Source: Ginkgo biloba
Taxonomy: Eukaryota; Plantae; Ginkgophyta
Direction: 5' to 3'
Assembly: GCA_024626585.2 (NCBI GenBank)
Contig: JANKJI020000001.1
Coordinates: 15,618,444-15,652,645 of the forward strand
DNA length: 34,202 nt
Shown here: positions 22,791 through 34,202 of the stretch, piece after piece
Layout: every line of letters begins with the position of its first letter
How positions within the stretch are numbered: the stretch's first letter is position 1
Notes under the pieces: generated by a model
Database searches by the model: none
Seen by the model: only the letters and a program-made list of their open reading frames with translations
Told to the model about the DNA's origin: nothing
Translations under genes and position numbers: made by a program

Positions 22791-24593
22791 CCCAAAGGGA
22801 GGCACACAATCAAAGCATGTCACCTCTGCCTGGATGCAGCAACAAACCAGCTACATACCGGGAAGCCAAGAGCATGGAGAACATGAATTGCTCCTGCGGA
22901 CACCAGGGAGCTTATGCAACCTGATTACTGGCTTCAGACCTCAATCACAAACAATGCAATCATTCACAACTCTGCAGAGCACAATTGAAAAACCAAATGG
23001 GTATCTTTAAGTCACCCAGCAATGACGTGATAGAAGCTGTGGTCTGAGCACTCTGTTTGTCAAATCATTACAGGTTATTTTTAACGGCTTCTATGCCACT
23101 CCATGCACAACCTTAGTTCACACATGAAGAAGCATCGGATTGGAAGATACCAAAACCATGCACAGGCAGGGACAATGGACTTGTCAGCAAAGAAACTTAA
23201 TACGATCAGAGTGAACAGCTTATAATGACTTCTTTAAGCTATTATCCAAAGGTGTCCCACCTTGCCAAGATGAAGTTGCTCCATGCTACTTCTGTCTTAA
23301 CAAGCTTTCTTGGAAGCCAGTACTCCTTTACCTGCATACTGCTTGCCATCTGCATATTACACACAGTCTAAACCCTCTATGGTTTAGGGCAAAGGAGGTG
23401 GCCCTTCAAAGAGGAGAGGTAAAGGAGCCATCAGAAAAAGACCAAAATAATCTCAAGACCAGAGACTTCAACATTGCCATTCTCTGTCTCTCTGTAACTT
23501 GCTTACTTTTGGCTGATCATGTCTCCAATATTGTTGTGCCCCTTTACAAGTATCTTTCCGCTCCTCATTAATCAACTGCATTTTTTTCCCATGCAATCCA
23601 GTCATGAGAATCGTTGGCCAAGTAGATGAATCTTATCACTTCATTGTACCTAAAACAGCTCTAGTACTGAGCAGGATCAATTTTGGTCCTTGAATAAGTT
23701 GTATATTCTGGCTAAATTCTACCTGGATTGTTGCGTCCTAGTTGTATTTTACACTATTACGTCCAAGGATGGATACCTGTCTTGGGTATTGCAAAGTATT
23801 ATCAACGGATTGGTTTATTGACATGAAGCTTTGCTTCTAGTGATGCTACAAGACCTTTTTGCCTCCGGCAAATTCTCTGGAACAATTCTAGCATGCCTTT
23901 CCAAGGGTTTTCTGATCATTAAAATTATGTTTGAGCTTATATGTTTGATGCAACTAAACTAATTCTACCATAACCCCCGGTAACCACATTCATTTCTTGG
24001 CACAGAGGATTCCTCGTGGATTGCAGTTAATGGAGTTTTGCCTTTTAGTAATATCAAAATATGCTTCACAAATTCACTTCAATCCAGGAGCGTGAATCCA
24101 GATGTCATTGAGTGCAGATCACCAAATTCCTACTAAAAAGAAACCAACTGCTAAGACTTATTCTTTTCTGCTGTAAAAGAAAACCTAACTACAGCACATA
24201 ATAGATTATATTTTCGGAATGGACTGATAAAAGGTGGTGTCAGAGTCATGAACTGCTAGTCAGAAAACCAATTTCCTCGTGATATTTTCTTTGTGAATTC
24301 TAGTATTTATCACTTTTTCCTAGTTTTGTTAATTCTATTTTCAGACTTTTATTGGCAATAGTAAAGTGATTTTTGTTTTTGTAGCTATAACCCTGGCAGA
24401 AGATCTCACCAGTCAATAAGGAGTACATTTCTGTTCTTTATACTTTAACTGTTTTTCTAAGTAGCTTAAAGTGTACAAGAGAATGAGCGACTGGATAGGA
24501 GTTTCTAGCAGAGAAAAGTGATGCCATGGTTTAAACAAGTTATGAAGGCTTGATGTAAGTCTTATCTTGCAGTGTTTGAATCTGCCTCTACAG

Positions 24594-24842
24594 ATTATTC
24601 TTCAAGAGCGACCCCGAGTGGTATCTTCTGCTGTTGGTTATGCATGGGATCTACCTGCAAATACATTTGGTGCAGCTTATGCTAAATTCATGGGTTCTAG
24701 GAACTTCTCTCCCGATGATCGCCCGCCTGTTCGCTTTATGGAAACAGAAGAACTTGCATATGTCGCAACTCGAGCCAGGGAGATTCATGACTTTTGGCAT
24801 GTACTATTCAATCTTCCTACTAATATTCAATTATTTCTTTAA
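24594..24842 (+). CDS. COQ4: COQ4 coding exon 2, truncated after LPTN (premature stop contributed by TE-derived sequence)
   Basis: Acceptor CTACAG|, phase 0. Translates [77 protein letters not shown], then non-homologous IQLFL*. Homology ends at about 24824-24827 with no donor site. Confidence 0.9.
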   Translation: MILQERPRVVSSAVGYAWDLPANTFGAAYAKFMGSRNFSPDDRPPVRFMETEELAYVATRAREIHDFWHVLFNLPTNIQLFL

Positions 24843-25131
24843 GAATTCAGAAATAATTATGGATTTGAATTTATCAACTAAGACATCAATTTTTTATTTG
24901 ATCCTATAGATCCATTTGCAATCAATTTTATATTTGGCAACAAAACATTCCACCAAGTACCAAGTCTTGTTCTTCTTCAATTCCTATATTTCATCATCCA
25001 TAATGAAATTCTACTTTTTCTTTGTACTTTCCTCCTTAAAAGTGCAAGTCTCATCATCACTCAACACCTATTCCATAAGATAAAAATTGACCTCTCTAGT
25101 AGGTCTCATCTTGGATTTTTGCTTACCCTTT
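24826..25131 (-). mobile_element. Ty1/copia RT N-terminal remnant fused to COQ4 exon 2
   Basis: The minus strand reads VLSDDETCTFKEESTKKK*NFIMDDEI*ELKKNKTWYLVECFVAKYKIDCKWIYRIK*KIDVLVDKFKS (compare copia EPxTFEEA..WxxAMxxE..LxxNxTWxLV..IGCKWVYKIK..DGxVxKYKARLVA). Confidence 0.85.
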
Positions 25132-25853
25132 NNNNNNNNNNNNNNNNNNNNNNNNNNNNNNNNNNNNNNNNNNNNNNNNNNNNNNNNNNNNNNNNNNNNN
25201 NNNNNNNNNNNNNNNNNNNNNNNNNNNNNNNNNNNNNNNNNNNNNNNNNNNNNNNNNNNNNNNNNNNNNNNNNNNNNNNNNNNNNNNNNNNNNNNNNNNN
25301 NNNNNNNNNNNNNNNNNNNNNNNNNNNNNNNNNNNNNNNNNNNNNNNNNNNNNNNNNNNNNNNNNNNNNNNNNNNNNNNNNNNNNNNNNNNNNNNNNNNN
25401 NNNNNNNNNNNNNNNNNNNNNNNNNNNNNNNNNNNNNNNNNNNNNNNNNNNNNNNNNNNNNNNNNNNNNNNNNNNNNNNNNNNNNNNNNNNNNNNNNNNN
25501 NNNNNNNNNNNNNNNNNNNNNNNNNNNNNNNNNNNNNNNNNNNNNNNNNNNNNNNNNNNNNNNNNNNNNNNNNNNNNNNNNNNNNNNNNNNNNNNNNNNN
25601 NNNNNNNNNNNNNNNNNNNNNNNNNNNNNNNNNNNNNNNNNNNNNNNNNNNNNNNNNNNNNNNNNNNNNNNNNNNNNNNNNNNNNNNNNNNNNNNNNNNN
25701 NNNNNNNNNNNNNNNNNNNNNNNNNNNNNNNNNNNNNNNNNNNNNNNNNNNNNNNNNNNNNNNNNNNNNNNNNNNNNNNNNNNNNNNNNNNNNNNNNNNN
25801 NNNNNNNNNNNNNNNNNNNNNNNNNNNNNNNNNNNNNNNNNNNNNNNNNNNNN

Positions 25854-26197
25854 GAGTGGTCACATGATGAAGTTAGAATGTTAGTGGTCAAGGGAAAGTG
25901 AGGATATTGGAATAATGTAATATTAGTGTAAATATGTGTCACAATGGTTTTAAGTCAGTGACATGCATAAGTGTACGTTATACATGTTGTAGGATATATT
26001 TATAGCATTAATGAAAAAGGAAAGAGGAGAAGGTGGTGCAACATTGCACCCCAATCTCTCCTCTTTGGTGTGTATGGTATATTGTGTTTTGTATTCTGCA
26101 TCTCATAGAGGAGTATCTTTGAACAGCTGCATGTATGAAGTTCTTAGATTTATTCTATGTGTGGGTTAATGTTGTGCACTCTGATGTACTTTCAACT
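25854..26197 (+). mobile_element. LTR-like fragment with TATA and downstream stem-loop
   Basis: TATATTTATA at about 25995, a hairpin at 26021-26066, and a GT-rich U5-like tract ending TTTCAAC. The second LTR is not seen. Confidence 0.4.
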
Positions 26198-26627
26198 TCT
26201 TGCTTTGGTCAAAGAAAAAAACTTCAAAAAATGTTGAAGAATTAATTGCAACATGACTTTAAAACAACCGTTCCTTTTATTAGCAGCAATACCAAAAAAA
26301 TAGGGAAGTTTAAAGGAACGAAGTAGGGTTCATATGTCTCTACCATGTCCTAAATCTTTGTTGCAAGGGACAATTTAGGAGGATTTCAAATTTTGAATGC
26401 CCAACATGTTAACTTTGCATTTAGTTGATGAGTTTTCAAAATTTGAATGAGTAGTTAGTTGGAGATGGGTGCTTGAGCTCATATGTGCTTGTTCTGGAAA
26501 TTTTTAGGTAGATTCTTGTTTCATTACTTTCTCCAGCATCATGTATTGATTCAATAATCCATTTTTTTTCTCTATTTGGGTTCATGAAATTGCAGAAACA
26601 TGTTGACCTTCCCATGTGCCTACTTAC

Positions 26628-26734
26628 CTGTTCTGTTTGTTTCTTCCTGCAATGTGCATCTTTTCTTCCTTTGACTTCTCTATTCGGCCTCCCCTGCTTC
26701 TATAAGCATCCCCACTGTCACTCAGTTAGAACCC
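26628..26734 (-). other. Orphan exon-like segment (107 nt)
   Basis: Polypyrimidine tract CCTCTACTTCTGTTTCTATTCAACAG| and a consensus donor CAG|GTAAGT flank a purine-rich body. All three frames contain a stop near the 5' end. Confidence 0.4.
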
Positions 26735-29700
26735 CTGTTGAATAGAAACAGAAGTAGAGGCAAGTGCGGTGGGAACATGANNNNNNNNNNNNNNNNNNNN
26801 NNNNNNNTCCCAGTGGAGATATTGTTTTGGCATAAGCAATTTAAAATGTCTTAGGGGAGAAAAAAAGATTACACATCTACATGGGATTTGGCATAGATTG
26901 GATGCCTAGATTGAGGCCAGAGCCTAACTGAAAAGTTATTAAATCATTGAGCTCATCCTTTACTAGTAGTCAAGAGATATTATTAAAGGAAAAATATGGA
27001 GTTTCATATAGGCCAACCTAGCTTTGAATGCCATTTCAAAGCAATTGTGATTCCTAACTTGGACCAGAGTTTTCAGCTACGAATGGCAAAATTTTGTTCT
27101 CTGCTACTCAGTTAGTGGAAGTATTTGTGTACTTGGACTTCCAAGAGTATATAAATATAATCATGCTTTATGTAAAATAGTTAAAGATCCTTTTTGTTTA
27201 AGAACTAAGGTGACTAAATGTAATGAACCAGATCCCTCGTTCTACTTTCTCCTACATTATTCTCTTTTATATCTTTGTTTGTAATATCCCACATGCATTA
27301 GTTAGTCCCATCTAATGGATAGATCTTCCTATACATATCTCGATGTAATCTCATATAGGCATCAATAAGTATTGTTATTACTTGATGTATTTAGAGATAG
27401 CCCTTCGAAGTGGGCAAGTTAATATAATCAATTAGCCGTGTGCCCATAACTCGCACCCAATTGTGATCTTGTTGCATTTTTCATTGAGTATCATTACAAG
27501 TGGTATCATAGCGGCATTCTCGCAAGAGCCTCTGTAGTGAAGGCATTAGACAATNNNNNNNNNNNNNNNNNNNNNNNNNNNNNNNNNNNNNNNNNNNNNN
27601 NNNNNNNNNNNNNNNNNNNNNNNNNNNNNNNNNNNNNNNNNNNNNNNNNNNNNNATTCGTAGTTGATTACATTGGGAGATTCTGACTCACCCATTGAAAA
27701 TACGGATCAAAATGTATCCTAGTTAAATAAATGATAAAATAATGCATTTCTAGCTTTTAGCCTGTTCTCTATGTATGATAATAAGTTCATAGATTCTCCT
27801 TATGTAAGGATATTATTAAGGTTAGTTATCACCAATCTCTTGAAATAGATTATTGTAGTACCATATGAATTCATTTAAACTTGACTTATTTAGACCATTT
27901 AAAGGTAACTTGTTACCCATTGAAGATTAGTTATTAGGGTATTAGTCTAGGCAAGAAAATATATAAGTTATAGTTTAGAATGTATGTATTCTTTGATCAA
28001 TATCCTTACATATCACACATATGTCATATGCATGCATAATATCCTTTTGAATATAGGAGATTGAATCATGAAAATAACATCACATGACAACACTTGAATA
28101 TGTTTTTTATAAGAAGAAACTCTAATTTTAATTATATTGTCAACTAATTTATGGTGGCAAATTAAGAAACATACTAAGGATAAATGACCTAATGGGATTC
28201 TCATGTAAAGGAGGGAGAATACTTTGATAGTGACATTTCTTTGGTTGGATTATTCATAATATTTTCTTGATTAGTGCTTCTTGATGCTCTAAGTAGGATC
28301 TATAATGTCTATAATCACAAATACATAACAAATAAACCAACATAATATCTACTAGCACATTAAATAAATTAATATAAATGAAAACCCAAAATATGTTAAA
28401 CAAATAAAAATTATAAAATAATTTTAAAACGGTTTGAATGAATAAATTATATATTAATGGGAGAAAATAGTAAAGTATTACTTTTACCATATGGAGAAAA
28501 ATCTTATGGATATATGCACCTACTCTCCCTCCCCTCTAAGCTCTCATGCAAAAAGCATTTATACCAAAATGAATGGTATAAAATTCCCTAATGTGGTAGG
28601 ACATGAAACTTAAATGGTGTTGAGGTAATCCAAAACCTAAAGAAATATGGTTATCAATAGAGAATTATCTTTACATAGCCATCAAAATAAGCCAAAGAAA
28701 AAATAGATAAAAGAAGTGGATACACAAAATATATATGATAATATATCTTCTTTAATGTGATGTGTTGTGTTGTGTTACACTAAGAAATTATTCATGTTTG
28801 ATAAAAGGATCCTCATGACCCTAACTATGGTTTCATATATCTTATACTATGAGGGTATATACCATAATCCAAGGTACTCTTCAATAGGATCACGAGCCTA
28901 TGTGGAATTATTTCACTAATGAAATATAACTGAATGATGAAGTAGCACTATAACTCTCGTGGTCAACGATATCATGAGGGAATGTAATAAATGCAACTTT
29001 TGTAATGTGTTCTAATAAGATATATCCATATAACCTTAATACATGTGCCATAATGTAAATCAACCTCTTTGAACTAAACTATGTGGCATTGGAGTGTGGA
29101 GTTAATACAATAAAAACTACAATAACTACCCATGTGGATCCATAAACTCTAATGTATGATAGTTATATGTGTGTATGAATATGGAAGTCCATGTGGAGGA
29201 TCAAAAGGCATGCCACAAGTGCATGGGAAAAATGTGTGGGTCGTGATGGATGTGCATGGAATGTGGGAGGAATGTAATGAATGAACTCCATAAAACACAT
29301 AATATGATGCCAATGTGATCAAATATGCCATGGATAATACATGGATGAATTATAATATGTGCAATATATAATAAATGGGTAATAAAGTGTGTAAATAACC
29401 CCCAAACATCTACCAAAATGCTACAAATCTTCCAAATCAACGAAATGCATCAAAGGATATGATCTTGGGTAATAACATATGCTTTGAGTGTGACCAATGT
29501 ATGTTGAGAAAGGGATGACCTACAATAATCCCTTTAAAATTAGTAGTTATTAAATGGTAATTAATATTCTTAAAAAAATATTGAAGTTAACATAAGTATA
29601 ATTGGAAAGGTAGAATTTTATAAAAATGTAGTATATAGGTTGAAAATATATCTCATGATATTTAGTACACCTAGAACTCTGTTGCATATAACACCCATTA

Positions 29701-31955
29701 AATTATGTAGTTATTTTTTTGTTATAATCATATTCCCTACTTTCAATTTAACTCATATTTATTGTCTATTTTTCATAAGTTGACCATTTTAGATAAACCC
29801 CATAAATAAATGGATTAGTTTCATATTATTCATTAGCCCTAGTTAAACTTTATAACCTCATAAGATGGCTTGACTTGATGACATCTTCTTGACGATAAAA
29901 AAATATATTATGATTAAACAACTAATATTTTAATTATTTATAGACATTTTAGATTCATGGGATTAGTGCTTAACGATAATTTAGCTTGTAGTTCATATAT
30001 AAGCTAACTTTGATATGAATTGAAGGTGATTTTCTTTTATTCTAAATTCCTTCTCTTGTGAAATCTAAATGTGACATTTTTGGAGATAATGTGAAGCTAA
30101 GGTAATTTCTTTGATATACAACAAGTTAGTCATATTATTTCCTGAAGTAACATGTTGTGATATTTTTCCCTCTTATGGTATAAATTTTAGCTCGAAACTT
30201 AGGTATGTTGTAAGTTCAACTTTATGTATCAATATGTTTTATAAGTATTTTCCACCTAGGAACCAATATATTAATGAAATGTCGCAACAAAACGTTTAGC
30301 AAATGCTAAAAATATATGTGAAAAATATATAACAATTATGAATATGATCAATTCCTTTAGTTTCTATTTCCAACTTATAAAATTACTCTCAAATCTAAAA
30401 TTGGAAGAGAAGACAAGAGTTATGACAATAGAGTTTTATTGAGAAACATTCAAAGTGATATATTTGAATGAAAGGANNNNNNNNNNNNNNNNNNNNNNNN
30501 NNNNNNNNNNNNNNNNNNNNNNNNNNNNNNNNNNNNNNNNNNNNNNNNNNNNNNNNNNNNNNNNNNNNNNNNNNNNCTTTTGACCACTTCTTGATATTGA
30601 TAGAGAAGGGGGTTCTTGACCTGAAAAGTATTCTTGGTTTGGAGAACAACGAGTTTTTTGTCATCATAAACATGTAATTTGGTCAATTTTACTTCTAATT
30701 CTTTCTCCATCCCTATGATTAAGGTTTCATACTTAGAGACATTATTAGAAAAAATAAAATCTAACCTAACATTAAAGTAAAAGGAAATGCTAAAATCACT
30801 ATAGAGGATAAAACCTATCCCAACATCATTTTAGTTACATGCACCATCATATATTAAGGTACAAATATCACCCCTAATCTCCTAGATAATATCCATATTA
30901 AATGATTCTATATGGAGTTTCTTAAAGAGAGCATAGGTATTGAGTCCCAAATATAAGAATATAAGATTTTAACTGCCTTTAACATCCACTACACCTTTAG
31001 TGAAATGGAAAGGATTCGATTTTCTATCCTCATGATGAATTATCTATGTTCCACTATGATAGGATACATTAAACATATTCTTATGCATATTGATATTAGA
31101 TTTATATTTGTTAATCTAGGATTGTCCTAAGAGGATGGTATAGGTAGTCATAGCATTGGTAACTATAAAGGTCAAAATGACACACAAATCTAGATATTTG
31201 ATGGAAACAAAAAAATATTTAACTTCTCTTAGAGGATGAATATTGTGGCTATTGAATTCATATAGTCTGTTATGGAATGATCTAGTAATTTCAATATCTA
31301 ACCACTTCATCACCTTTTTTAGGTATATTCAAAACATCAAGGAGGCTCATACTAGTAGAGAAACCCTATAAATCCTTGACGATATAATAAGACTACTATG
31401 GTAGGCGGGAAGAACCAAATATAATATTTTATTGATTACTTGATGAAGGATGAGCTTCTTATTGTTGTATAGGGGGTGGAGGAGAGATATATGATTTACT
31501 TTTATCCCCTTTTATAGTAATAGATTGAGGATTCCTCATTTGTGACCTAGTTTAAACTAGACACTCTTACCTTTCATCATTATCAATAAAGTATTGGATT
31601 CTTCCTCCCTATCAAGAGGAAGATGCTTCATTTGAAGGGAAGGGTTTTTTGAAGACTCCCATTTGTTTATTAGGAGATTCTATAGGTAATGACTAACCTA
31701 TCATCTTATTGAATTGTTGTATAAACCTTGGGTAAGACTTACATTCATTAGGATCATAGAAGATGACATGGAAAAATTTTCCACACTTTCAAGTTTGATG
31801 AGTGGTATAATATTGGATAGGATATTGAGATAAGGTTGGTTTAAGAGTATGTTATGATGAGGATACTTCTTGTGTGGTTTGTCTTATTAGGATTTGTGTT
31901 GATGGTGATGATTCAACCATCCTGTGTTTCATTAATATGATTTTATTTAAAAATA

Positions 31956-32847
31956 TATATACAACCTTAGTTAGCTATGATTCCATAGTTCATCTCTCAT
32001 ATTCTCTTGGAGAAAGTAACATCTATAATGGAATTCTCCATTTATCTCTGGTTCGTCCTTATGTATAAAGCAATTACCAAATAACCACAATAGTTAATAT
32101 TTAGAGAAAATAACCCATGAATTCTACATATTAAAATGAAGCTTCTTTAGATTTACGAGGCAATACAAACACAATTGACAAGACATTGATAATTTAATAT
32201 TCCTATTTTCATTCGATGTTATGTTCAAAGAAAAAGTAAATATGAAGAGGGGAAACACACAACACAAAATCAAACCTTATTAAACACAAATTAGCCAATC
32301 AAAAATATTTTGTACAAAATTCAAATACCATGAAATTGACACTATTGAAATATGGCATAATTAAAACTTTACCAACCAATTTACATGGAAAACCACAATG
32401 ATGGACTTGATCAAGAAATGCTCGACTTTGATTAAAAAATGTTAAAAGATACTAACAACAACAAATTGATATGAATTATCAACTAATAGAAAAATACATT
32501 TTTAAGGAAAAAAAAGCAAAAAAAACATACATACCTGACCGCCCCCCCTTTTTACACAATCACATCACAAAAGCAAACCCTCAAAAGGGCAATTGTTTGA
32601 GCAATGAGCAAGAAAACAACAACAATGAGCAAGAAAACAACAGCAGTGAGCAAGTATTTTGAGTAGTGAGCAAGTGTTTTTATCATTTGAGGAGCAGTGA
32701 GCNNNNNNNNNNNNNNNNNNNNNNNNNNNNNNNNNNNNNNNNNNNNNNNNNNNNNNNNNNNNNNNNNNNNNNNNNNNNNNNNNNNNNNNNNNNNNNNNNN
32801 NNTATATACAACCTTAGTTAGCTATGATTCCATAGTTCATCTCTCAT
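31956..32847 (+). repeat. Perfect 45-bp direct repeat (31956-32000 and 32803-32847) flanking about 800 bp that includes a gap
   Basis: TATATACAACCTTAGTTAGCTATGATTCCATAGTTCATCTCTCAT occurs twice; the second copy starts right at the gap edge. Confidence 0.9.
32598..32702 (+). repeat. Short tandem repeats (GAGCAATGAGCAAG / 21-bp CAATGAGCAAGAAAACAACAA units)
   Basis: Visible repeated (A/G)TGAGCAAG units running into the gap. Confidence 0.8.
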
Positions 32848-33229
32848 TGAAAGATGATGAAATACTGAGACTAATTTTAGGTGAGACAGGTTTAGGATTC
32901 CTTCCACTCCTTTAGAGGTTTTCCTCCTATTGCAAGTATTATTTGATCATATATTATAATGTATTTCTAGGATTGTCTTCAATTATAAATTTAGAATTGA
33001 GAGGGAGACCACTGTAGTAATATATGTGACAAGTCACATCATTCTATGAATGGGAAGTTGGTATGTCCTCCTTAAATTTAAGAAATTTGATCATAAATTC
33101 CTTTATGGAATATCCTATATTCTGTATAATATTAGTGAAGGTCCTAAGGACCTATGTAACATTAATGTTCATAGAAAACTATAAAAAATCAAATATCANN
33201 NNNNNNNNCCCAAGAAGTGATGGAGTAAG

Positions 33230-33420
33230 CGGTGACGGAAAGGTAAAAATTAATGACATTAATGATAAGAGTCTAAGAGAAGAGTCACATACAAAATTAT
33301 TTCATCAAAACTCTAAGGGTGATATAGGACTCAATGTAGTCTTATAAATGGTCATTCAAGTTACCATCCAACTTGCCATAATACTTAGACAAAGGGATGG
33401 TGATAGTTTACAAAGGGACC
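33230..33420 (-). mobile_element. Decayed gypsy gag fragment
   Basis: The minus strand reads PLSKYYGKLDGNLNDHL*DYIESYITLRVLMK*FCM*LFS*TL, resembling retrotransposon gag (KYxGxxDPxDHL..F...C..LFPxTL). Confidence 0.45.
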
Positions 33421-34202
33421 TATTGGCCATCAAGGAACAATGGATTATAGGTAAGATAATGATGTAATATTTGAGTGTACTTATGTTTTAGGATTTGTAC
33501 CCTTTTATAATGCCTAGGACTAGTCGATGATAAAGATTAATTTGACATGTAAGTGGAACCTCAAGATTAGTTTCTCCCTAATATGGTTGCAAAAAATGTT
33601 GACCTATATGAAACCAAGTCAAGATAATAATGTTTTAGGACGGTCTATATAATCCCTAGAGGAAATATCTTGCTAGGATGCCAAATCAAACTATGCTATA
33701 AGTTAGCACGATGAGTGGGTAGGTTGTAATCCTAGGGGTTAAGATTAATATGGATTAGGAAAAAGAGGATCTTAATTGGAAGTATATAGATTTCATTAAA
33801 ATTGAACTAGACCATTATCATAAGCATGGCATGGAAAGAAAAAACTACACACATGAATAAGGTAGATAACTTTTGGTTTTGAGTTTTAAGGTCTTAGTGT
33901 TGAGCGACATATTTTAGCATGTTAGATAGCTTTGAACTTGTTTAATGTTTCTACAATGTTTGAGGTTACTTAGTCAAAGATGTTTTAATATTTTCCTATG
34001 TTCTCATGGAAGGTTTAGTTTGCTCAAAATTTTAAATAATGAAATAAAATGAAATTTGAACGTGACCAAATAATGTGAGTTCAATGAGAAAGATTAAAAT
34101 TAATTCATTATTTTTTAAAAGAACAATTAAATAACCATTTAAAAAAAAAAAACTAAATAGTAATTATTAATTGCAAGATTTCTAAATAAAATACATTTAA
34201 AA

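Larger units (their letters stand above)
15158..23450 (-). mobile_element. Non-LTR retroposon (5'-truncated LINE/SINE-like, about 1 kb: ~15158-15521 plus 22791-23450) with 18-bp TSD, split by an LTR element
   Basis: Flanking direct repeats TCTTAAGACCAGGGACTT (15140-15157) and TCTCAAGACCAGAGACTT (23451-23468) are 16/18 identical. The minus strand ends AATAAAAAGCAGCATCTTACCAAGTAAAAAAA (AATAAA plus a short A-tail) next to the left TSD. Confidence 0.75.
14684..24842 (+). pseudogene. COQ4: 3'-truncated COQ4 copy (146 aa predicted; lacks the C-terminal third)
   Basis: Two in-phase exons are joined by a 9718-nt GT-AG intron. The conserved LIGE...LPMC...W..RAG..YYE C-terminus is not found in the sequenced part of the window. 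Confidence 0.7.

Noticed and set aside
26594-26640. + strand KHVDLPMCLLTCSV resembling the missing COQ4 segment (EQMxLPMCxLSV)
   Set aside because: The match is limited to LPMCLL. The flanks lack IGE..KVIEF and GG..R..W..RAG, and the same bases are better explained as a - strand donor site. Probably chance; a TBLASTN would settle it.
27655-31900. Faint LINE RT-like (about 27750-27900) and gypsy RT/RH-like (about 29750-30250) traces on the - strand, plus a His-rich ORF at 29149-29440
   Set aside because: Only 1-2 weak motifs each, and the His-rich ORF reflects ATG/GTG-rich low complexity. Not supportable without a profile search.
32598-32702. Repeat-spacer-like appearance here and at 20763-20896 (CRISPR-like)
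   Set aside because: These are degenerate tandem units without unique spacers, in a eukaryotic context with no cas genes.

Overview
AT-rich eukaryotic plant nuclear DNA from a gappy draft scaffold. A large-genome seed plant, probably a gymnosperm, is inferred from the long TE-filled introns and the Tat-type elements. Two host genes sit head-to-head about 10 kb apart. (1) The first four coding exons of a GH38 (class II, vacuolar/lysosomal-type) alpha-mannosidase lie on the - strand (4566->2967), with one GC-AG intron and a Helitron 3' terminus in intron 4; the remaining exons are not in the window. (2) A COQ4 ubiquinone-biosynthesis gene lies on the + strand (14684-14875 joined to 24594-24842). 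Its 9.7 kb intron holds nested insertions: a poly(A) retroposon with an 18-bp TSD, split by a Ty3/gypsy LTR element, which itself contains an opposite-strand gypsy fragment. COQ4 exon 2 is cut inside the HDxxH..E metal-binding motif and fused directly to a Ty1/copia RT remnant. Between the two genes lie degenerate Tat-clade gypsy pieces with an extra archaeal-type RNase H directly after the protease, and a foldback-like palindromic element. The rest is heavily decayed TE debris. I see no convincing new multi-gene system; the interest is in gene disruption, nesting history and TE architecture. All translations, alignments and homology calls were made by eye.
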